A stretch of DNA of 24,000 nucleotides from the NCBI RefSeq assembly GCF_014359565.1, contig NZ_JACIZD010000003.1:252357-276356 (forward strand), given 5' to 3'. This stretch comes from Immundisolibacter sp. (GTDB lineage: Bacteria; Pseudomonadota; Gammaproteobacteria; Immundisolibacterales; Immundisolibacteraceae). The notes below the pieces were generated by a model. That model did no database searches and was not told where the DNA came from. It was given only the letters and a program-made list of their open reading frames with translations. Positions within the stretch are counted from its first letter, which is position 1, and the number at the start of each line of letters is the position of its first letter. Positions 17,665 to 24,000 of this stretch are shown piece after piece. A program made the translations under genes and the position numbers.

Positions 17665-18717
17665 ATGACCCGCACCATCTGGTACACCCGCTGCCCGGTG
17701 CCGACCGCGTCCGGCATCGCCTATCAGCGCAAGCTGTTCGACAGCCAGTTCGCGGGCACCGACTGCGAGGTCCGCAACATCAAGGAACTGGGCCGTGCCA
17801 ATGCGGACACGCATTTCGCCCACACGCTGGAGGATTCGTTCCGCGAGGGCGGTGGCTCGCCGCCGGTGTGGGCCCGCTCGCGCGGGGCGGATACATCGCT
17901 GCTGGGCATCAGTTTCGTCGAGGAGACCTTGGGCCTGTTCGTGCGCGCGGATGACCCCATCCACTCGGTGCGGGATCTGGCCGGCAAGCGTCTGGCGCTG
18001 CCGGTGTGGCCCGATCTGATCATGAATTTCTTCCGCTTCGCGGCCCAGAAGGCCTTCGTGTCGGCGCTCGAACTGCACGGCATGCACGAGCGCGATGCAC
18101 AGTTCGTGGACGTGGTCGAGACCGCCGATCACCATGAGCTGATCAATCCCGGCTTTGCCGATACCCAGGCCCGCCAGCAGCGGTCGTACTATCACTGTCA
18201 GATGCGCGCCCTGCTGGACGGCAAGGTCGACGCCTTCTTCGCCAAGGGCGGCGAGATTGCCGCCATGCAGCGCGAGTCCGGCGGCGGCATCCGCATGCTC
18301 TATAACCTGATCGACGCCGAGCCGCTGTGGGCCAAGGTCAACAACGCCACCCCGCGGCTGCTCACGGTCAGCAATTCGCTGGTCCGCGAGCGCCCGGATG
18401 CCGTGGTGCGCTACGCGCGCACCCTGCTGCAGGCCGCCACCTGGGCGGCGCAGCCGGAAAACAAGGCCGAAGCCACCGCCGCCATGGCGCGCGAGACCGG
18501 TGTCACGCCGGCGGACATCGAAACCTACTACACGCCGGACCTGCACCAGAAGCTGAAGCCCGAACTGAGCGCGCGCCTGATAGAGACGCTGGAGATCATG
18601 AAAAGCTTCCTGCACGCGCACGGCTTCATCGAAAAGAATTTCCCGACCCGGGACTGGCTGGCCACCGACCTGCTGCGCGAGGCGTATGCGGCCGAAGGCA
18701 TCGCCTGGCCGGACTGA
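17665..18717 (+). CDS. Cytoplasmic periplasmic-binding-protein-fold (NMT1/SsuA-like) protein resembling DszB, the 2'-hydroxybiphenyl-2-sulfinate desulfinase
   Basis: 350 aa with no signal peptide. TIWYTRCPVPTASGIA compares with DszB TLTYSNCPVPNALLTA. THFAHTLEDSFREGGGSPPVW compares with DszB VHFTYDQPAYTRFGGEIPPLL, with identical H-x9-R-x-GG-xx-PP spacing. LLGISFVEETLGLFVRADDPIHSVRDLAGKRLAL compares with LLGITPLLGRQGFFVRDDSPITAAADLAGRRIGV. The DszB sequence is recalled from memory. Confidence 0.6.
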   Translation: MTRTIWYTRCPVPTASGIAYQRKLFDSQFAGTDCEVRNIKELGRANADTHFAHTLEDSFREGGGSPPVWARSRGADTSLLGISFVEETLGLFVRADDPIHSVRDLAGKRLALPVWPDLIMNFFRFAAQKAFVSALELHGMHERDAQFVDVVETADHHELINPGFADTQARQQRSYYHCQMRALLDGKVDAFFAKGGEIAAMQRESGGGIRMLYNLIDAEPLWAKVNNATPRLLTVSNSLVRERPDAVVRYARTLLQAATWAAQPENKAEATAAMARETGVTPADIETYYTPDLHQKLKPELSARLIETLEIMKSFLHAHGFIEKNFPTRDWLATDLLREAYAAEGIAWPD

Positions 18718-18757
18718 GCTTTCCAGAAATCAACCGCCCAACCAGGAACTTTCGATC

Positions 18758-19246
18758 ATGAATAGCCCGCTCGACCCCAAAGCCCTGCGTCAGGTGTTCG
18801 GCCAGTTCTGCACCGGGGTCACGGTGGTATGCGCCACCGACACGCAAGGCCGCCGCTACGGCATCACCGTCAACTCCTTCAGCTCGCTGTCGCTGGACCC
18901 GCCGCTGGCGCTGTTCGCCCTGACCCGGGAGTCCGAGACCCTGAAGATCATCGAGGCCGCCGGTGCCTTCAGCATCAACATCCTGGCCGAAAACCAGCAG
19001 GACATCTCGAACCGCCTGGCCAAGAGGGGCGGACCGGAGAAGATGGACGGCGTCGTCACCCATCCGGGCGTCACCGGCGCACCGATCGTCGAAGGCTCGA
19101 TCGGCTACCTGGACTGCACGCTGCGCAACAACTACGACGGCGGCGACCACGTGATCCTGGTCGGTGAGATCAAACTGGCCGCGGTCGGCGAGCCGCTGCC
19201 GCCGCTGCTGTATTTTCGTAGTGCCTACAGGACCGTGACGGATTGA
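18758..19246 (+). CDS. NAD(P)H-flavin reductase (HpaC/DszD-type flavin reductase domain)
   Basis: LRQVFGQFCTGVTVVCA......GITVNSFSSLSLDPPLALFAL.......I.....F.INILA..Q...S..........GAP...GS...L.C........GDH.I.VGE is the flavin_reduct family pattern. Confidence 0.85.
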   Translation: MNSPLDPKALRQVFGQFCTGVTVVCATDTQGRRYGITVNSFSSLSLDPPLALFALTRESETLKIIEAAGAFSINILAENQQDISNRLAKRGGPEKMDGVVTHPGVTGAPIVEGSIGYLDCTLRNNYDGGDHVILVGEIKLAAVGEPLPPLLYFRSAYRTVTD

Positions 19247-19280
19247 TCGTCGCCGCGCAGCAACACCACAGGAGGTCGAG

Positions 19281-19706
19281 ATGGACAAGGCTACGGTGAC
19301 CGAGACCATCGACGTGAACGCATCCCTGGACAAGGCGTGGGCGCTGGTCGGCGATTTCGGCGGCCTGGTCGGCTGGTTTCCGGCGGTCACCGAAAGCATC
19401 GTCGAGGGCAGCGGTGTGGGCGCGCTGCGCCACCTGACCATGCCCGACGGGAATCAGCTGACCGAGCGCCAGCAGGCGCGCGACGATGCCGCCCGTTGCT
19501 ACGAGTACGTGGTCATCGCCGGTGCGCTGCCGTGCACCGACTATCGGTCGCGGCTGGCCGTGAGCCCGGCCGGCAGTGGGGCGCGGATCACCTGGACCGC
19601 CGAGTTCGTGCCGCTGCCGGATGCGCCCGTGGACGCGGTGGCCTTCATCAGCAGCATCTATCAGAGCGGGCTGGCCGGCGCCAAGGCAGTGCTGGACGGC
19701 CAGTAG
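19281..19706 (+). CDS. SRPBCC (Bet v1 / polyketide-cyclase-like) ligand-binding protein
   Basis: AGGAGG precedes the ATG. The 141-aa protein has I.VNASLDKAWALVGDFGGLVGWFPAV, which is typical of the family. Confidence 0.75.
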   Translation: MDKATVTETIDVNASLDKAWALVGDFGGLVGWFPAVTESIVEGSGVGALRHLTMPDGNQLTERQQARDDAARCYEYVVIAGALPCTDYRSRLAVSPAGSGARITWTAEFVPLPDAPVDAVAFISSIYQSGLAGAKAVLDGQ

Positions 19707-19726
19707 GCATCGTCGCAACGCGCCGG

Positions 19727-19766
19727 GCTTCACCGCCTGGCGGCTGATGCCCCCAGGCGGTGAAGC
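19727..19766. other. 14-bp perfect inverted repeat (hairpin) between and within the convergent gene ends
   Basis: GCTTCACCGCCTGG (19727-19740) and CCAGGCGGTGAAGC (19753-19766) with a 12-nt loop. It lies 21 nt after the SRPBCC stop and inside the 3' end of the dioxygenase ORF. There is no U tract. Confidence 0.5.
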
Positions 19767-20393
19767 GCGTCAGATGCCGCTGACGCCAGTTGGGGCCAAC
19801 GTCGTAGCCGCCGGTACCGATCTCCCACTCGAAACCCGACGGCGTGCGGCCGTAGAAGGAGAACACGTCGTCGGTGTGGCGGCCGGGCAGGTGGGTGATT
19901 TCCACCCCGGCGGCGCGCGCGCGATCGCAGGCCAAACCCACCGCGTCGATATCGGGCACGTGCATCTCGAAATGCGCCGTGCGCTTGACCGGTGGAATGC
20001 CGACGCCCAGTGCAATCGAGTGATGGCGGCGGTTGCAGTGCAGGAACACCGCCTCGATGGTCAGGCCGGCCCACTCCTCGGCGCCGCGGTCCGAGACGGC
20101 CATGCCGATCACGTCGGTGTAGAAACGCAGCGTCGGCTCCAGATCCTGCGTCACCAGCACGATGTGGCCCATGCCCATGTCGCCGGTCACAAAGCCGCTT
20201 GGTGCGACCGCCGAGGCAAACGCCGTCGCCGCCACGCGCTGGCCCAGACACAGTTCCAGCGGATTGCCGGACGGGTCGCGGAAGCTGACCAGATCGGTCA
20301 CGTGGCGGGCGCGGCAGGCGCTTTCGTCACCTTTGTGCATAGCCACGCCGGCTGCCTTCAGACGGCCCAGCGCGGCATCGAATTCGCCGCGAT

Positions 20394-20599
20394 TCAGCGC
20401 CGCCAGGCCCACCGCCGCCACGTCGTCCTGGCTGCCGGGACGCAGGAACAGTCGCTGTTCGCACTCGTCCATGCGGTAGCCACGCGAGCCATCGTCTCAG
20501 CGCCGCCAGGCCCACCGCCGCCACGTCGTCCTGGCTGCCGGGACGCAGGAACAGTCGCTGTTCGCACTCGTCCATGCGGTAGCCACGCGAGCCATCGTC
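20394..20599. repeat. Perfect direct tandem duplication, 2 x 103 bp
   Basis: Compared base by base, 20394-20496 and 20497-20599 are identical (TCAGCGCCGCCAGGCCCACC...GAGCCATCGTC). The flanking bases differ, so the unit is exactly 103 bp. Confidence 0.95.
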
Positions 20600-20967
20600 G
20601 TTGCCGCCATTGCCAATCATGCCGATGACATTGGTCAGCAAAGCCTCCCAGCCCTGCAGGTCCGAGACCTCGAAACCCAGATAGGCGAGTTCCAGTCCGG
20701 CGGTCATCACGCGCTCCCCCTGTAATTGGCGGCCAGCGTGGGGTTCATCGCCGGCCGGGCTGCTGCCAGCGATGCGCTGGGCAGCTTCTTGATGGCTGGG
20801 TCATCGTATCCGAAACGCAAAACGGGAACGGCCGGTCGCCGGGGAAGCGCGCAAAACTGTTGCGCGACGCGCGGGCTCTCGATGCTGGCAAGGTGGCGAG
20901 GCGGGCGGTTCGACCTGAGCGGGGAGCGCTCGTTCGGGCAGCGGCAGCCGGAAAGTCCAGGCTGGAG

Positions 20968-22395
20968 CTAGTCGGCGCAGTGTCGGGCCGGGTGCGTGAC
21001 TGGCAAGACGGCTTGCCCCTTTTTTTCCGACTTGGGGCGGCGCGCCGCCTGCTGCTCGGGAAGTTGCGGCGAACGCGCGCCGGCCTTCATCCCCTGCCTG
21101 AAAAACTGGTAGTTGTCTCGCCCTTCGTTTTTGGCGTGGTACATCGCGGCGTCCGCGCAGCGGATCAAGGCCGCAGCGGTCGCCACGTGTCCCCCCTCGG
21201 GAAACAGGCTGATACCGATACTGACGCTGATCCGAATGTCGGAGCCGGCGATGGTATGCGGTGCTGCCAGGGCGTTCAGCATCTTCTGGGCGCTCAGGCC
21301 GGCATCCCCGGCCTGCTGGATTTCCGATAGCAGGACTACAAATTCGTCTCCGCCCTGCCGGCTTACGGTGTCCGATCCGCGCACGCAGGCCAGCAGGCGT
21401 TGTGCCACCGACTGGAGCAGTTTGTCGCCCACCAGATGGCCCAAAGAGTCATTGATCTGTTTGAATCCATCCAGGTCCAGGAACAGCACGGCGCCCTGGT
21501 TGCCATGACGGCGTGCCAGGGATATTGCATTTTCAATCCGGTCATTCAGCAATATGCGGTTCGGCAAATTGGTCAGGGCGTCGTGATGGGCCAGATAAGC
21601 CAGGTGTTGTGTCTTGGCGCGGGCGGCAGTCACGTCGCGAAACACGATTACCGCTCCGCTTGTCTTGCCAGCAGCATCACGGATTGGGGCGGCCGAATCC
21701 TCAATGGCATATTCCTTTCCATCGCGCCGGACCAGCACGCAGTTGGCGGTCAAGCCCACGGGCTTGTCTTCCTGGATTGCCTGCTGCAATGGATTGGGCG
21801 CCACTTCGCGCGTAATGCCATCAACGATTCTGAATACCTCGCCAACCGAGTGACCGGTCGCCTCCGCATCAGTCCAGCCGGTCATGTCTTCGGCCACCGG
21901 ATTCAGGTACGTCACATTGCCCGCAAGATCGGTGCTCAGCACGGCATCACCGATCGAGTTCAGCGTGGCATGGGCGCGATCGGTCACGACCGACGCGGCC
22001 TGCTCGTTGGTGTGACGCTCGATCACGCTGCGCAGAATGCGCGGCAACCAGTACGCGTCAAGGTGATTCTTCAGCAGATGGTCCTGCGCGCCAAGCTGAA
22101 TGGCTTGCCGGGCGAGCGCAGAATTTTCGGCGCTGGTCAGAATCAGTATTGGAACGCGCCGCGCGGCCCTGAACACTATCTCGAACGTCTTTATGCCTTG
22201 ACTGTCGGGCAGGAACAGGTCAAGCAACACCGCGACGATTCCGGGTCTGAACAAACGGTCAACGCCATCTGAAATCCGGTTGACCTGTTGCAGCGTCCAT
22301 TTTTTATCAACCGACGTGGCCAATGCCTTGCGAATGAGCATTGCATCAGCGGCGCAGTCCGAGACAAGCAGTACGGTGCAAAGGTCGTTGTCCAT
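20968..22395 (-). CDS. Response-regulator receiver - PAS - GGDEF diguanylate cyclase
   Basis: REC domain: VLLVSD...AVLLDLFLPD...ILTS...LLK. PAS domain: LNSIGDAVLSTDLAGNVTYLNPVAEDMTGW. GGDEF domain with I-site: RGSDTVSRQGGDEFVVLL. The start is ATG 22395 or GTG 22431. Confidence 0.85.
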   Translation of the reverse strand: MDNDLCTVLLVSDCAADAMLIRKALATSVDKKWTLQQVNRISDGVDRLFRPGIVAVLLDLFLPDSQGIKTFEIVFRAARRVPILILTSAENSALARQAIQLGAQDHLLKNHLDAYWLPRILRSVIERHTNEQAASVVTDRAHATLNSIGDAVLSTDLAGNVTYLNPVAEDMTGWTDAEATGHSVGEVFRIVDGITREVAPNPLQQAIQEDKPVGLTANCVLVRRDGKEYAIEDSAAPIRDAAGKTSGAVIVFRDVTAARAKTQHLAYLAHHDALTNLPNRILLNDRIENAISLARRHGNQGAVLFLDLDGFKQINDSLGHLVGDKLLQSVAQRLLACVRGSDTVSRQGGDEFVVLLSEIQQAGDAGLSAQKMLNALAAPHTIAGSDIRISVSIGISLFPEGGHVATAAALIRCADAAMYHAKNEGRDNYQFFRQGMKAGARSPQLPEQQAARRPKSEKKGQAVLPVTHPARHCAD

Positions 22396-22693
22396 GAGGT
22401 CGGATTTCGAGCGGGTTTCTGTCTGCCACACGAGCGCCGGCTTTCAGTTTGTCGCCGTCATTCTGGCGCGGGCATCGGGCCCGTTCCGTGCGCTAGCCCA
22501 CGTGTTGCCGACGACCTCGACGCGGTACGGCCGGCCGGGCACCCCCCGGCCGCGGTTACGATCGGGCCGGCAGCCTGGCCTGCCACGGTTGCGCCGCACG
22601 GCCGGCGCCCGGAACCTGAAGGTCAGGTACTGGTTGAGGCGCTCGGTCGTTATGGACCCAGGGCGGCACCGAACCGCTCAGCCTTGGCCAGGC

Positions 22694-22912
22694 TCAGCTT
22701 TTGCGGCCGACTACCAGCAGAAGCCCGCCCGCCACGATGGCGCCAACACCCGCCCAGATTGGGACATTGACCCGCTTCTTTTCGGCTACCGACATGTGCA
22801 ACGGTCCCAGGTCGGCCTCGTGGGTTTCCCTGGTGTAGCTGAACCCGCCATAGGCGAGCCCCAGGGCGCCGGCCACGATCAGCACGATCGCGGCAAGTTT
22901 TTGTGCATCCAT
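22694..22912 (-). CDS. Small two-helix membrane protein (72 aa), family not recognised
   Basis: GGGAGA lies 7 nt upstream of the ATG. Two hydrophobic helices (AAIVLIVAGALGLAYGGF and IWAGVGAIVAGGLLLVVG) flank a charged loop. Confidence 0.65.
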   Translation of the reverse strand: MDAQKLAAIVLIVAGALGLAYGGFSYTRETHEADLGPLHMSVAEKKRVNVPIWAGVGAIVAGGLLLVVGRKS

Positions 22913-22974
22913 CCTGTGATCTCCCTCAAGCAGCCGTGATCTTTAGGCCCCAGGGGGCTCGCGCGATGGCAGGC

Positions 22975-23121
22975 TCAGATCCGTCGTCCCTGAATCACCC
23001 GCACCAGGATCATGATGATCGCCACCACCAGCAGTATGTGGATCAATCCACCCATGGAGTAGGACGAAACCAGTCCCAGGGCCCACAGGATCAACAGAAC
23101 AATCGCAATTGTTTCAAGCAC
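22975..23121 (-). CDS. lmo0937-family small membrane protein (48 aa)
   Basis: GTG 23121 has GAGGA 7 nt upstream. LETIAIVLLILWALGLVSSYSMGGLIHILLVVAIIMILVRVIQGRRI matches the family consensus (LLILWLLG..S.Y..GG.IH.LLV.A....L...I.GRR). The upstream part of the 97-aa track ORF was rejected. Confidence 0.75.
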   Translation of the reverse strand: MLETIAIVLLILWALGLVSSYSMGGLIHILLVVAIIMILVRVIQGRRI

Positions 23122-23325
23122 GTCCGAATCCTCAATCGTGAATCGACAAGACGCGCAGAATGGTCGCTGCGGATCCGTTCGGTCTGTACGGCAACACACA
23201 CAAGGCGCCCTGGCTGCGTTCCGTGCCATGTGGCGCGCGGCGTGACCCACACAGCCCCCTCCGGGCATGTTATGTACGATACCGCACCGAGCATGAATCA
23301 GTCCTCAGTACCCTGTTGGGCCGAC

Positions 23326-23387
23326 GTTGAGGTCGCCGCCCAAGGGGGTCCAACATCGAGGTTGCCGCTCACAAGGGTGTCCAACAT
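23326..23387 (+). promoter_or_regulatory. Imperfect tandem repeat (2 x 31 bp) upstream of the Crp/Fnr-family gene, possibly an operator or iteron-like site
   Basis: GTTGAGGTCGCCGCCCAAGGGGGTCCAACAT (23326-23356) is followed by CGAGGTTGCCGCTCACAAGGGTGTCCAACAT (23357-23387). The shared core is GAGGTYGCCGC..CAAGGGKGTCCAACAT. The repeat ends 27 nt before the GTG at 23414. Confidence 0.4.
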
Positions 23388-23413
23388 ACATAAATCCGAT
23401 TCGGGAGGATCCC

Positions 23414-24000
23414 GTGATACAGCAAAACCACCTTCTGGCGGCCTTACCAGAGGACATCCAGAGCCGCCTGTTCCCTAGCCTGGAACCGGTGACCTTGCCG
23501 CTGGGCAAGGTGCTGTACGAGTCCGGCGACACCTTGCGCTACGCCTATTTCCCGACCGATTCCATCGTGTCGTTGCTGTACGTGATGGAAAGCGGCGCCT
23601 CGGCGGAAATCTCCGTGGTTGGCAACGAGGGCGTGGTCGGGATTTCCCTGTTCATGGGCGGCGAAAGCACCCCCAGTCGGGCGATCGTGCAGAGCGCCGG
23701 CAGCGCCTATCGGCTGATTGGCAGGCAGCTGAAGGACGAATTCAGTCGCCACGGCGAGTTTCAAAACCTGCTCCTGCGCTACACGCAGGCACTCATCACG
23801 CAGATGTCCCAGACTGCGGTCTGCAACCGCCACCACACGATCGACCAGCAGTTGTGCCGCTGGTTGCTGCTGTCGCTGGACCGCCTGCCGGACAACCGTC
23901 TGACCATGACCCAGGAGCTGATCGCGAACATGCTGGGTGTGCGCCGCGAGGGTGTGACCGAGGCGGCCGGCAAGTTGCAGCGGGCGGGCGTGATCCATTA
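23414..24000 (+). CDS. Crp/Fnr family transcriptional regulator (N-terminal about 195 codons; runs off the window)
   Basis: Not in the ORF track. GGGAGGA at 23403-23409 precedes GTG 23414. My translation is VIQQNHLLAALPEDIQSRLFPSLEPVTLPLGKVLYESGDTLRYAYFPTDSIVSLLYVMESGASAEISVVGNEGVVGISLFMGG...TMTQELIANMLGVRREGVTEAAGKLQRAGVIH, a cNMP-binding-like domain plus the Crp HTH. Confidence 0.85.
   Translation, partial: MIQQNHLLAALPEDIQSRLFPSLEPVTLPLGKVLYESGDTLRYAYFPTDSIVSLLYVMESGASAEISVVGNEGVVGISLFMGGESTPSRAIVQSAGSAYRLIGRQLKDEFSRHGEFQNLLLRYTQALITQMSQTAVCNRHHTIDQQLCRWLLLSLDRLPDNRLTMTQELIANMLGVRREGVTEAAGKLQRAGVIH

Larger units (their letters stand above)
19648..20710 (-). pseudogene. BphC-type (type I, two-domain VOC) extradiol ring-cleavage dioxygenase, interrupted by a 103-bp tandem duplication
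   Basis: Two track ORFs (20327..20710 and 19648..20472) both contain MDECEQRLFLRPGSQDDVAAVGLAAL. Joined, they are collinear with remembered LB400 BphC: LAYLGFEVSDLQGW, GMGHIVL, FLHCNRRHHSIAL and GRHTDDVFSFYGRTPSGFEWE. The span is 1063 nt, and 1063-103 = 960 nt = 320 codons. Confidence 0.8.

Noticed and set aside
16432-18621. 729-aa minus-strand ORF
   Set aside because: It is antisense to the NicX-like and DszB-like genes, which have recognisable motifs and Shine-Dalgarno sequences. The product is a low-complexity Arg/Ala/Gly/His-rich sequence.
22521-22560. GC-rich hairpin (CGGCCGGG cacc CCCGGCCG) downstream of the 72-aa membrane-protein gene, as a possible terminator
   Set aside because: There is no U tract on either strand, and short palindromes like this are expected by chance in GC-rich DNA. 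It is not reported as a feature.

Overview
This is a high-GC chromosomal segment. Hand counts of single 60-nt lines give about 70-75 % G+C in most genes. The gene content looks proteobacterial, probably gammaproteobacterial: the thiS-thiG-trmB order, thyA-folA, icd, hslO, mscL, apaG and a yqjD/yqjE/yqjK-like trio. I can support about 33 protein-coding genes, one tRNA-Ala(CGC), three hairpin terminators and two repeat structures. Many long ORFs in the supplied track are antisense shadows typical of high-GC DNA and were rejected. Housekeeping genes are interspersed with accessory material. (i) A truncated Rieske oxygenase alpha subunit lies at the left edge, and an orphan XylT-type [2Fe-2S] ferredoxin lies next to icd. 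(ii) A small islet next to the tRNA holds an RHH-antitoxin/Doc pair, an apparently frameshifted TacA(DUF1778)-like gene and about 610 bp with no credible ORF. (iii) The most interesting region is a four-gene plus-strand cluster at 16480-19706: a COG2309/NicX-like protein, a signal-less DszB-like periplasmic-binding-fold protein that keeps the desulfinase Cys/His/Arg pattern, a flavin reductase and an SRPBCC protein. It is convergent with a BphC-type extradiol dioxygenase broken by a perfect 103-bp tandem duplication, and the reading frame is restored exactly if one copy is removed. (iv) A lower-GC block (about 50-55 % in counted lines) carries a REC-PAS-GGDEF regulator, two tiny membrane proteins and a Crp/Fnr regulator preceded by an imperfect 31-bp tandem repeat. 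No CRISPR array, rRNA, transposase or integrase was found. All family assignments come from motif recognition and remembered reference sequences, not from database searches.
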